From Candidatus Omnitrophota bacterium (lineage in GTDB: Bacteria; Omnitrophota; Gorgyraeia; Gygaellales; JAHJCI01), in NCBI GenBank assembly GCA_042570305.1, contig JBHPGP010000003.1, positions 14,507 to 78,506 on the forward strand: DNA of 64,000 nt. Direction: 5' to 3'. The translations under genes and the position numbers were made by a program. A model generated the notes under the pieces. It saw nothing but the letters and a program-made list of their open reading frames with translations. It was not told where the DNA came from and searched no databases. Of this stretch, positions 25,334 to 34,355 are shown in pieces (position 1 is the stretch's first letter; each line of letters begins with the position of its first letter).

Positions 25334-26346
25334 AAAACCTGAAAAAAATAATCAACAAATTTCCCAAAGCAAGAATTCTGGTATTGGGAGACCTTATCCT
25401 TGACGAATATATCTGGGGGGATGTGCAGAGGATTTCTCCCGAGGCTCCTGTGCCGGTAGTCTGGGCAAAGAGGCATTCATACGTGCTGGGAGGTGCAGCC
25501 AACGTAGCCAATAATATCAAGAGCCTGGGGGCAGATGTGTGTATCTGCGGAGTGGCAGGCAGAGATAAGAATACGGATAATCTGTTGGCAGAATTAAGAA
25601 AACAGGGTATTACCAGGAAGGGGATACTCCTGGTAGATAAAAGGCATACTACGGTCAAGACGAGGATTATCGCCGGCCATCAGCAGGTTGTCAGATTAGA
25701 CTGGGAACATACGGATTCCTTTTCTCAGAGCATCAATACCAGGTTATTTGAATTTGTGAAGAGGAATATCAGCAGCTTTGATGCCGTAATCATTGAAGAT
25801 TACGGCAAGGGAGTGATAAATCCCTGGTTAGCCAAAAGGGTGATAGGCCTGGCAAAACAAAAGAGGCGTATCGTCGTCGTAGACCCCAAAGAGGAGCATT
25901 TTCATTATTATTCCGGCACAACCAGCATAACCCCTAACCGCAAGGAGGCAGAGAGTGCGGTAAGGAACCTGAAGATTCAGGATACCACGAGCACTTTCAG
26001 GATTAATACCGATAAATTAATGACCGATAAAGACCTTAGGCGCGCAGGCAGGGAGTTGCTGAGTTATCTTAAACTGGATTCGCTCTTGATTACACTTGGC
26101 GAGGAAGGCATGTATCTTTTTGAGGGCAGCCGGATCACGCATATACCCACGCAGGCGCAGGAGGTATTCGATGTTTCCGGAGCCGGAGATACGGTAGTGG
26201 CAAGTTTCACGCTGAGCCTGGCCTGTGGGGGAAGGAAATTAGAGGCAGCGCACATTGCCAATTTTGCCGCCGGTATCGTGGTGAGTAAAGTCGGCACAGC
26301 CGCGATTTCGCGTAAAGAGCTGTTAGAGAGAATAAAAAAAGCATAA
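25330..26346 (+). CDS. hldA: D-glycero-beta-D-manno-heptose-7-phosphate kinase (RfaE domain I only, PfkB family)
   Basis: 338 aa with ILVLGDLILDEYIWG, GGAANVA and DVSGAGDTV motifs. There is no fused adenylyltransferase domain. Confidence 0.85.
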   Translation: MKNLKKIINKFPKARILVLGDLILDEYIWGDVQRISPEAPVPVVWAKRHSYVLGGAANVANNIKSLGADVCICGVAGRDKNTDNLLAELRKQGITRKGILLVDKRHTTVKTRIIAGHQQVVRLDWEHTDSFSQSINTRLFEFVKRNISSFDAVIIEDYGKGVINPWLAKRVIGLAKQKRRIVVVDPKEEHFHYYSGTTSITPNRKEAESAVRNLKIQDTTSTFRINTDKLMTDKDLRRAGRELLSYLKLDSLLITLGEEGMYLFEGSRITHIPTQAQEVFDVSGAGDTVVASFTLSLACGGRKLEAAHIANFAAGIVVSKVGTAAISRKELLERIKKA

Positions 26347-26356
26347 GGAGTAATCA

Positions 26357-27091
26357 ATGGAAGCAATCGGAGTAATACCGGCCAGATACAGTTCCACGCG
26401 CTTTCAGGGCAAGATCCTGGCGGATATCTGCGGCAGGCCGATGATTCAGCATGTCTGGGAACAGGCGAAAGAGGCAAGGCTTCTTGACGATGTAATCATC
26501 GCCTGCGACGAGGAAGAGGTTTTTAAGGTAGCCAGCGATTTCGGAGCTAATTGCGTGATGACTTCTAAGGGCCACCTTTCCGGCAGCGACAGGATTACAG
26601 AGGTAATCAGCCCTTTAGAGGTAAAGGTAGTGGTGAATATTCAGGCTGACGAGCCGCTGATTAAGCCGATCATGATTGATAGCCTCGCTGAGACGCTGAT
26701 CAGGGATGATTCTGTTTATATGGCAACTCTGATCAAACAGATTGAGGATGCAGAGGAGGTAAATAACCCGAATGCGGTTAAGGTAGTGGTTGATAAAAAT
26801 AATTTCGCCCTTTATTTTTCGCGCGCAGCCATTCCTTTCCCAGCAGATAAAAAGTTTAACCCGGTTTATTACAAGCATATCGGCCTTTATGCCTACACCA
26901 AGGATTTTCTCTTCAGGTATAAAAATATTCTTCCTTCGTCTCTTGAGCGCGCGGAAAAGCTGGAACAGTTACGCGTGCTGGAAGAGGGCTTACGCATTAA
27001 GGTCATTGAGACCAAGTTTGATACCATCGGCGTAGATACGCCTGCAGATTTAGAGAAGGTAACGCAGATTTTATCCGGGGAGCAGAAATGA
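26357..27091 (+). CDS. kdsB: 3-deoxy-manno-octulosonate cytidylyltransferase (CMP-Kdo synthetase)
   Basis: 244 aa with IPARYSSTRFQGK, NIQADEPL and the EQLRVLE motif. Confidence 0.92.
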   Translation: MEAIGVIPARYSSTRFQGKILADICGRPMIQHVWEQAKEARLLDDVIIACDEEEVFKVASDFGANCVMTSKGHLSGSDRITEVISPLEVKVVVNIQADEPLIKPIMIDSLAETLIRDDSVYMATLIKQIEDAEEVNNPNAVKVVVDKNNFALYFSRAAIPFPADKKFNPVYYKHIGLYAYTKDFLFRYKNILPSSLERAEKLEQLRVLEEGLRIKVIETKFDTIGVDTPADLEKVTQILSGEQK

Positions 27092-27906
27092 GCAAGGCAG
27101 TCAAGCTGGGAGGCGTCAGGATAGGCAAGGGTAAACCCCTGGTTTTGATTGCCGGGCCCTGCGTCATAGAATCAGAGGCGCTTTGTTTATCCGCGGCAGG
27201 AGCGATAAAGGGCATTTGCGCAAAACTTCATACCCCCTTTATTTTTAAATCCAGTTATGATAAGGCAAACCGTACTTCAGTAGATTCCTTTCGCGGACCG
27301 GGGCTGGAAGCCGGGCTTAAAATTCTGGCGAAGGTTAAAGAAAAGCTGGATATTCCCGTGATTTCCGACGTGCATTGCAAAGAGGAGTTAAAAAAAGCAG
27401 CAAGGGTGCTGGATGCGATTCAGATTCCTGCTTTCTTATGCCGACAGACAGACTTGCTGCTTGCTGCCGCGAAAACAGGCAAGACCGTAAATATTAAAAA
27501 GGGCCAATTTCTGGCGCCCTGGGATGCGCTGAGTATAATCAAGAAGATAGAATCAGCCGGCAATAAGAATATTCTGATTACCGAGCGCGGGGTAAGCTTC
27601 GGTTATAATAACCTGGTTTCGGATTTCCGCGCCCTTGCGATTATGCGGGATTTTGGTTATCCGGTGATTTATGATGCCACGCACAGTGTGCAATTACCTT
27701 CGAGTCTGGGTAAGGCTTCAGGAGGGCAGCGCCAATTTGTTTCCGGTCTTGCCCGTGCCGCAGTTGCCTTTGGCTGCGACGGCCTGTTTATCGAGGTTCA
27801 TCCCAGGCCGGAAAAGGCACCGTGCGACGGACCGAATATGATTGATTTAGTGCAGCTGGAAAAATTACTCAGAGAAGTCAGGGCAATAGAGAAGGCACTG
27901 AAATGA
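27088..27906 (+). CDS. kdsA: 2-dehydro-3-deoxyphosphooctonate aldolase (Kdo-8-P synthase)
   Basis: 272 aa with LIAGPCVIES, FKSSYDKANR, QIPAFLCRQTDL and DATHSVQ motifs. Confidence 0.92.
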   Translation: MSKAVKLGGVRIGKGKPLVLIAGPCVIESEALCLSAAGAIKGICAKLHTPFIFKSSYDKANRTSVDSFRGPGLEAGLKILAKVKEKLDIPVISDVHCKEELKKAARVLDAIQIPAFLCRQTDLLLAAAKTGKTVNIKKGQFLAPWDALSIIKKIESAGNKNILITERGVSFGYNNLVSDFRALAIMRDFGYPVIYDATHSVQLPSSLGKASGGQRQFVSGLARAAVAFGCDGLFIEVHPRPEKAPCDGPNMIDLVQLEKLLREVRAIEKALK

Positions 27907-28865
27907 ATTCAATAAAGCGCGCCATAGAGGTTCTGGAGATCGAAGCCGATGCCATCAAGGGCTTAAGGACCAGGATAGACAATAATTTTAAGGCAGCGAT
28001 TGAATTATTGAAGTCTACCAAGGGCAGGGTAGTAGTCAGCGGCATGGGCAAAACAGGGATTATTGCCCAGAAGTTTTCGGCTACCCTTGCCTCTACGGGA
28101 ACGCCGAGTCTATTCCTGCATTCTGCCGAGGCAGTCCACGGTGACCTGGGGCGCGTAACCCTCCAAGACGTGGTAGTGGTTATCTCCAAGAGCGGAGAAT
28201 CAGAGGAGATAAAGAAACTGCTGCCGATTTTAAAGAAGATCGGCAGCCCTGTGATTGCTTTAACCGGGAATATCAAATCATCCCTCGCGCGCTATAGCGA
28301 TGTGGTTTTGAATGTGGCGGTAAAAAAAGAAGCCTGCCCTTTGAACCTCGCGCCTACAGCCTCAACTACGGCAATGCTGGCAATGTGCGATGCGCTTTCC
28401 GTCTGCCTTTTGGAACTAAAGGGTTTTAAGCAGAAGGATTTTGCCTTTTTCCATCCCGGCGGTTCCTTGGGCAAGAGCTTGCTGTTGAAGGTAGAGGATA
28501 TTATGCGCACGGGAAACGCCAATCCGGTAGTTAGCGAGGAGGCGACCGTTTCAAGCGTACTCTTGAAGATTACCAGGGCACGCGCCGGCAGCGCAACGGT
28601 AGTGGATAGGCGGGGAAGGTTGAAAGGCATATTTACTGACGGCGACCTGCGCAGACATCTGAGGGCAGGCCAGGATTTAAGCAGGCAGAAGATAAAAAGC
28701 GTGATGACCGCCAAGCCCACCGCAATCAGCAAAGACCGTCTGGCTGCCGAGGCAATGCACATATTGGAATCCAGAAAGATTGACGAGATGCCGGTTGTGG
28801 ATAGGCAAGGGAAAGTAGTAGGCCTTTTGGATGTGCAGGATTTATTAAGGGCAGGGGTAGTCTAA
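27903..28865 (+). CDS. kdsD: Arabinose-5-phosphate isomerase (SIS + 2x CBS)
   Basis: 320 aa with SIS motifs GMGKTGIIAQK and ISKSGESEE, plus a C-terminal CBS pair. Confidence 0.9.
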   Translation: MNSIKRAIEVLEIEADAIKGLRTRIDNNFKAAIELLKSTKGRVVVSGMGKTGIIAQKFSATLASTGTPSLFLHSAEAVHGDLGRVTLQDVVVVISKSGESEEIKKLLPILKKIGSPVIALTGNIKSSLARYSDVVLNVAVKKEACPLNLAPTASTTAMLAMCDALSVCLLELKGFKQKDFAFFHPGGSLGKSLLLKVEDIMRTGNANPVVSEEATVSSVLLKITRARAGSATVVDRRGRLKGIFTDGDLRRHLRAGQDLSRQKIKSVMTAKPTAISKDRLAAEAMHILESRKIDEMPVVDRQGKVVGLLDVQDLLRAGVV

Positions 28866-28866
28866 G

Positions 28867-29394
28867 GTGGATGAATCTTTAAGAATCAAAGCGGAAAAAA
28901 TCAAATTATTGTTATTGGACGTTGACGGAGTGCTCACGGACGGAAGGATAATTTACGATTCCAAGGGCCGGGATTCCAAGTTCTTTAATGTGCACGACGG
29001 ATTAGGGGTCTACCTTCTTAAAAGGGCCGCTATATCCACGGTCTTGATTACTGCAAAGGCATCGCGTTCAATCAAGCCGCGCGCCCGCGACATGCGGGTT
29101 GCCGAGGTTTTTGCCGATGTTTCTCCGAAGAGCTCTGTTTTCCAGAAGATTTTAAAGAAATACCGCGTCAGCCCGGAAGAGGTTTGCTTTGTCGCCGACG
29201 ACCTGGTTGATTTATGCCTGATGGACAAGGTGGGCCTTGCGGTTGCCGTGTTTAATGCTTGTCCGGAGATAAAGAACCTTGCCCATTACATTACCCAGAG
29301 AGAAGGGGGAAGGGGAGCAGTCAGAGAGGTCGCGGAGATAATCCTGAAATCCCAGGGCAAGTGGCAGGAAATAATCGGTTCATACCGGCACTAA
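28867..29394 (+). CDS. kdsC: Kdo-8-phosphate phosphatase (HAD family)
   Basis: 175 aa with a GTG start, the HAD motif LLLLDVDGVLTDG and GDDLVD-like motif IV (ADDLVDL). Confidence 0.88.
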   Translation: MDESLRIKAEKIKLLLLDVDGVLTDGRIIYDSKGRDSKFFNVHDGLGVYLLKRAAISTVLITAKASRSIKPRARDMRVAEVFADVSPKSSVFQKILKKYRVSPEEVCFVADDLVDLCLMDKVGLAVAVFNACPEIKNLAHYITQREGGRGAVREVAEIILKSQGKWQEIIGSYRH

Positions 29395-29439
29395 CTCAAT
29401 GCCCTAATAGGCAAAGAGGGTTAAGGGGAGAGAAGAGGC

Positions 29440-30165
29440 TTGGTGCATCTATTAGAAGCAAAGAATCTATTCAAGTCTTATAACGGCAGGGATGTCGTAA
29501 GAGGCATTGACCTTTTAGTAAAGCGCGGAGAGATTGTCGGCTTATTGGGGCCTAACGGTGCAGGTAAAACCACTACCTTTTATATGATCGTGGGGATTAC
29601 GCATCCCAAGCAGGGAGCGATTATTTTTGATAACCAGAATATCACGCGCCTGCCCATACATATCCGTTGCCGTTTCGGTATTGCGTATCTGAGTCAGGAG
29701 CCGTCAATTTTTAGAAAACTCAGCGTTGAAGAGAATATCCTGGCGGTGCTGGAGACAATGCCGTTGGGCCGCAGGGAAAGGAAGAAAAGGCTGCAATATT
29801 TATTAGAGGAGTTGAACATCTCCCACTTAGCAAAGAACAAGGCTTATACTTTGTCCGGAGGAGAGAGGAGGAGGCTTGAGATTACCCGCGCGCTGGTGAG
29901 TAATCCCTCGTTTATCCTGCTTGACGAGCCATTCTCCGGCATTGACCCGATTGTGGTTAACGAGGCACAGGAGATTATCAAGGATTTGAAAAAGAAGGGT
30001 CTGGGTATACTGCTTACCGACCATAATGTACGCGAAACACTCTCGATTACCGACCGCGCCTATCTGATTGCCGAAGGCAGAATCCTTATTTCAGGCAGCG
30101 CAGAAGATTTAATCAGCGACCCCAAGGCGCGCGAGATTTACCTTGGAGAGAAGTTCAGGATGTAA
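29440..30165 (+). CDS. lptB: LPS export ABC transporter ATP-binding protein
   Basis: 241 aa with a TTG start, Walker A GPNGAGKTT, signature LSGGERRR, Walker B ILLDEP and an LptB-type C-terminus (YLGEKF). Confidence 0.9.
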   Translation: MVHLLEAKNLFKSYNGRDVVRGIDLLVKRGEIVGLLGPNGAGKTTTFYMIVGITHPKQGAIIFDNQNITRLPIHIRCRFGIAYLSQEPSIFRKLSVEENILAVLETMPLGRRERKKRLQYLLEELNISHLAKNKAYTLSGGERRRLEITRALVSNPSFILLDEPFSGIDPIVVNEAQEIIKDLKKKGLGILLTDHNVRETLSITDRAYLIAEGRILISGSAEDLISDPKAREIYLGEKFRM

Positions 30166-30190
30166 TTAAAAGAAAGGATACCCCTTTAAG

Positions 30191-31066
30191 ATGAAGACTG
30201 ATGTTAAAAAGACAGGAGAGCACAAGCGCGAATTGAGCGTTCAGGTAGAAGGAGATATTGTCAGGCAAAAGTTCGAAACGGTTTATAAACAGATAAATAA
30301 AGAGGCCAAGGTTCCGGGTTTCCGTCCGGGCAATGTTCCGCGCGATATTTTGGAAAAACATTATGCCAGCGCAGCCAGGGAAGGCGTTTTAAAAGAACTG
30401 CTGCCTGAGGTTTATCATCAGGCATTGGGTCAGTCGGGGCTTGAGCCGGCCGGCCTGCCGGAAATATCAAAGGTAAATCTGGCTAAGGATACCTTGACTT
30501 TTACGGCTCATTTGGAAGTAAAGCCAAGCATTAATTTAAAAAATTACAAGGGGCTTAAGGTGGAATATAAGCCTATTGAAGTGAGCGCCGATGAAATAAA
30601 ACAGGCGCTGGATAAACTAAAAAAGAATTACGAGCAGTTTTCTGAACAGGAGTTTGCGCGCAGCCTCGGTTACCCGGACCTTGAGGTATTAAAAAAGGCC
30701 CTGGAAAAACAGATCTATCTTGAGAAGGCAAGGACACAGCAGGTAAACGCAGAAAACAGGGTTATTCAACAACTGGTTGACCAGGTGAGCTTTCAGATTC
30801 CCTCCAGTTTAATCAATCAGCACCTGGAGAGGATGCTAAGGCAGGCTCAGGTCGAGCTGGCTTTGCGCGGGATGAGTAAAGAGGAGGTCGAGAAGCAGGG
30901 CGCTGCATTAAGGGAGAATTTCAAAAGCGAAGCAGAAAAACAGGTACGCATCTTCCTGGTCTTGGAAGAGGTAGCGCGCAGGGAAAAAATTGCCCTCGAT
31001 GATAAGATGACCAAGGAGGCGGTTGAGTTTTTGTTAAGGCAGGCAGACTGGCAAGAGGCTAACTAA
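30191..31066 (+). CDS. tig: Trigger factor lacking the central FKBP/PPIase domain
   Basis: 291 aa with the N-terminal ribosome-binding domain and GFRPGNVP signature. The sequence passes directly from ...[20 protein letters not shown] into the C-terminal arm domain. It has the tig-clpP synteny. Confidence 0.8.
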   Translation: MKTDVKKTGEHKRELSVQVEGDIVRQKFETVYKQINKEAKVPGFRPGNVPRDILEKHYASAAREGVLKELLPEVYHQALGQSGLEPAGLPEISKVNLAKDTLTFTAHLEVKPSINLKNYKGLKVEYKPIEVSADEIKQALDKLKKNYEQFSEQEFARSLGYPDLEVLKKALEKQIYLEKARTQQVNAENRVIQQLVDQVSFQIPSSLINQHLERMLRQAQVELALRGMSKEEVEKQGAALRENFKSEAEKQVRIFLVLEEVARREKIALDDKMTKEAVEFLLRQADWQEAN

Positions 31067-31082
31067 AATACGGAGGTGGGTA

Positions 31083-31688
31083 ATGGGTGCGAAGAGTCAA
31101 ACCTTAGTTCCGATGGTGATTGAGCAAACCAGCCGCGGCTATGAGCGCGCATACGATATCTATTCCCGTCTTTTAAAAGACCGCATTGTTTTTATCGGTA
31201 CTCCGATTGATGATAATGTGGCTAACCTCGTTATCGCGCAGATGCTTTTCCTGCAGATGGAAGACGCTAAAAAAGAGATAAATATTTATATCAATTCTCC
31301 CGGAGGTTCGGTTACCGCGGGCCTTGCCATTTACGATACTATGCAGTTTGTCAAGCCCGATGTTGCCACTTATTGCGTTGGCCAGGCAACCAGTATGGGG
31401 GCGCTGCTTTTATGCGCCGGGTCCAAGGGTAAACGCTCTGCCCTGCCTAACTCAAGGATAATGATTCATCAGCCCTGGGGAGGCGTTCAGGGAGCAGCCG
31501 AGGATATCTCAAGGCACGCCAAGGAGATTCTGAAGCTGCGCGACCGTATCAACGAGATATTATCCCAGCATACAAAGCAGTCGTTGCAGAGAATCCAGAA
31601 GGACACCGACCGTGATTTCTTTATGTCGGCAGAAGAGGCAAAGGAATACGGCCTGGTTGATGAAGTGATCGTTACCAAAAAACAATAA
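31083..31688 (+). CDS. clpP: ATP-dependent Clp protease proteolytic subunit
   Basis: 201 aa with the catalytic Ser (GQATSMGA), His (MIHQP) and Asp (DRDFFMSA) contexts. Confidence 0.95.
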   Translation: MGAKSQTLVPMVIEQTSRGYERAYDIYSRLLKDRIVFIGTPIDDNVANLVIAQMLFLQMEDAKKEINIYINSPGGSVTAGLAIYDTMQFVKPDVATYCVGQATSMGALLLCAGSKGKRSALPNSRIMIHQPWGGVQGAAEDISRHAKEILKLRDRINEILSQHTKQSLQRIQKDTDRDFFMSAEEAKEYGLVDEVIVTKKQ

Positions 31689-31775
31689 GAGTCGCGAATT
31701 TCCAGGCTAATCGCCCCGCTTGAGCATGTTGATTAAAGGACTGGGCGCAGAAAACAAAATAAGGAGATTAGGACA

Positions 31776-32915
31776 ATGAGGAAAACCTATCTATTGACAC
31801 CCGGACCGACTCCCCTGCCTCCGCAGGTAACCGAGGCCCTGGCCCGCCCGATAATTCATCATCGCACGTCCCAGTTTCAGGCAATATTAAAAGAGGCGGG
31901 AGAGGGACTGAAATATGTATTTAATACCTCCAATGACGTATTCATTCTTGCTTCTTCAGGTACCGGAGCAATGGAGGCAGCGGTAGTAAACCTGCTTTCT
32001 CCCGGCGATACGGCAATAACCGTAGAGGGAGGTAAATTCGGCGAGCGCTGGACGCAGGTCTGCCGGGCTTACGCGGTAAATTGCGAGGTGATAAAGGTCC
32101 GGTGGGGCCAAGCAGTCAAGCCTCAAGATATAGAAAAGAGAATAAAGGCAAACCCCGCCATAAAGGCGGTGTTTGTCACCCTCTGCGAGACCTCTACCGG
32201 AGTGGTTAATGATATCGCGGCAATCGGCAAGGTAGTTTCCGCAAGCAAGGCAGTATTGGTAGTTGACGCTATCAGCGGGCTGGGGGCAATCCCTTTGTCA
32301 ACGGATCAGTGGTACTGCGATGTGGTGGTTGCCGGTTCGCAAAAGGGCCTGATGCTTCCTCCGGGACTCGGGTTTATCTCAGTAAGCCCTAAGGCCAGGG
32401 ATTTAATTGACCATTCAAAATGCCCTAAATATTATTTTGATTTAAAGTCTGCAAAAAAGGCATGGGAGAAGATTGATACGCCCTTTACCTCGGCAATATC
32501 GCTGATTGTTGCCCTGAACGAAGCACTCAAGCTGATAAAAGAGGAAGGGCTGGAGAGTATTTTCTCGCGCCACCAAAGGTTAGCCGAGGCAGCGCGCAAG
32601 GCAGCAGGCGCTTTGGGGTTGGAGCTTCTTGCTCCCGAAGCCGCCTCTGATGTGGTGACCGCCATTAAGTTACCCTCAGGCATCGACGGCAATAAACTGG
32701 TCAAGACAATGCGCGATACTTACGGGGTAACTATTGCCGGCGGTCAGGCAGAATTGAAGGGTAAAATTATCCGTATTGCCCATATGGGCTATATCCAGGA
32801 GTTCGATATTATCACCGGGATATCCTGTTTAGAAAAGGTATTATCCCAGATGGGCCATAAATTTCAATTGGGAGTTGGGGTTAAGGCAGCTGAAGAGGTA
32901 TTTGCTAAGGAATAA
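31776..32915 (+). CDS. Class V aminotransferase (serine-pyruvate/alanine-glyoxylate type; probable phosphoserine aminotransferase given serA context)
   Basis: 379 aa, starting LLTPGPTP..., with the SQKGL PLP-lysine motif. It has AGXT-family size and layout and lies near serA. Confidence 0.75.
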   Translation: MRKTYLLTPGPTPLPPQVTEALARPIIHHRTSQFQAILKEAGEGLKYVFNTSNDVFILASSGTGAMEAAVVNLLSPGDTAITVEGGKFGERWTQVCRAYAVNCEVIKVRWGQAVKPQDIEKRIKANPAIKAVFVTLCETSTGVVNDIAAIGKVVSASKAVLVVDAISGLGAIPLSTDQWYCDVVVAGSQKGLMLPPGLGFISVSPKARDLIDHSKCPKYYFDLKSAKKAWEKIDTPFTSAISLIVALNEALKLIKEEGLESIFSRHQRLAEAARKAAGALGLELLAPEAASDVVTAIKLPSGIDGNKLVKTMRDTYGVTIAGGQAELKGKIIRIAHMGYIQEFDIITGISCLEKVLSQMGHKFQLGVGVKAAEEVFAKE

Positions 32916-32950
32916 TCAAGGCCATTACAGGCGAGGGGAGTTGTATTGCC

Positions 32951-34321
32951 ATGGATGAGCGAAGAGGGTCTTATCGTATTCCTGTAAGCATTAAATTCAG
33001 TTATCAGATACTCAGTGCGGCAACAGGCACTGAATTGCGGCATCTTGCATTGACTAAGAATATGAGTGCTAAGGGGTTGCTCTTTGAAAGCCAGGAAGAG
33101 ATGTCAATCGGTACACGGTTAAAGCTGTTCGTTGATTTACTGGGTAAGCCTTCCAGGACAATAGAGCTGGAGGCTGAGGTTGCCAGGGTAGAGAGGTTGC
33201 TGGATTCAGGATATTTTGATATCGGGGTATTTTTCATCAATACGCCTGCGGCTGTGGCAGAGGATCTCAAGATACGCGTTGAGCGGATGGATGTTCTAAG
33301 CCTGTTGAGCATGGCCGTGGAAAAACAAGCATCAGATTTGCACCTTACTACCAATTCTCCTCCCATGATGAGATTACACGGAGTAATAAAACCGCTGGAG
33401 TTGCAGGCAGGGCCCCTCTCCTCAGAAGAAATCGAACAGATGGTCTATAGCGTCCTTTCCGACTCGCAGAAAAAAAGGTTCAGAGAACAAAAGGACCTGG
33501 ATTTTGCTTTTGTCTCTGAACAAAATCTGAGATACCGCGTCAGCGTATATCAGCAGCGAGGTAATGTGGAGGTTGTTTTTAGAATTATCCCGTCTACGAT
33601 TAAGAATATAGAAGAGCTGGGCCTGCCGCAAGTGGTCGAAAGTTTATGCCGCCTGACAAACGGGATAGTGATTATTGCCGGCTCCACTGGTTCGGGCAAG
33701 ACCACCACCATAACTACGATGATAGACATCATAAATAAAACAAAGGGCGGGGTCATACTCTCCCTGGAAAAACCGATTGAGTACACCCATAAGAATATAA
33801 AGGGCATAGTCAAGCAGAGGGAGGTAGGATTTGACGTGCCGTCTTTTGCGGCTGGTTTAACCGCCGGATTAAGGCAGGACCCCGACGTAATTGTAGTGGG
33901 AGAAATAATTGATTGCGATACCCTGGAGACGGCCCTAAATGCAGCGGAGACGGGCCACCTGGTAATCAGCTCAATCCACGCTGCCAATACCGTCCAGGTT
34001 CTCGATAGGCTAATCAGCCTTTTTCCTTTGGAGCAGCAGGTTTTTATCTCCGGAAGGCTTTCTCATTGCCTGAAGGCAATCATTACCCAGGCCCTATTGC
34101 CGCATAAGAATGGATACGAACGCGTCCTTGCTGCTGAGGTATGCACGAGTAATTATGCGGTGATGAGGGTTATCTATGACCGGAATTTCTCTCAGCTGAG
34201 TTCAATATTGCAATCCGGAGCCAGTCAAGGAATGCAATTGATGCAAAGCTCCGTAGATAAAATTTTTGAGCAAGGCCTGATTACGGGAGAGACTTACGAG
34301 ATTTACAGTAAAAAAAGATAA
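32951..34321 (+). CDS. pilT: PilZ-domain::PilT-like type IV pilus retraction ATPase fusion
   Basis: 456 aa. The N-terminal ~105 aa carry the canonical PilZ motifs RRGSYR (RRxxxR, res 4-9) and NMSAKG ((D/N)xSxxG, res 37-42). The remainder is PilT-like: ASDLHL, Walker A GSTGSGKTTT, DPDVIVVGEI, and the His box GHLVISSIHA. Confidence 0.8.
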   Translation: MDERRGSYRIPVSIKFSYQILSAATGTELRHLALTKNMSAKGLLFESQEEMSIGTRLKLFVDLLGKPSRTIELEAEVARVERLLDSGYFDIGVFFINTPAAVAEDLKIRVERMDVLSLLSMAVEKQASDLHLTTNSPPMMRLHGVIKPLELQAGPLSSEEIEQMVYSVLSDSQKKRFREQKDLDFAFVSEQNLRYRVSVYQQRGNVEVVFRIIPSTIKNIEELGLPQVVESLCRLTNGIVIIAGSTGSGKTTTITTMIDIINKTKGGVILSLEKPIEYTHKNIKGIVKQREVGFDVPSFAAGLTAGLRQDPDVIVVGEIIDCDTLETALNAAETGHLVISSIHAANTVQVLDRLISLFPLEQQVFISGRLSHCLKAIITQALLPHKNGYERVLAAEVCTSNYAVMRVIYDRNFSQLSSILQSGASQGMQLMQSSVDKIFEQGLITGETYEIYSKKR

Positions 34322-34355
34322 TCCTCGCGCTATTTATAGAAAGGAAGGATAGGCA

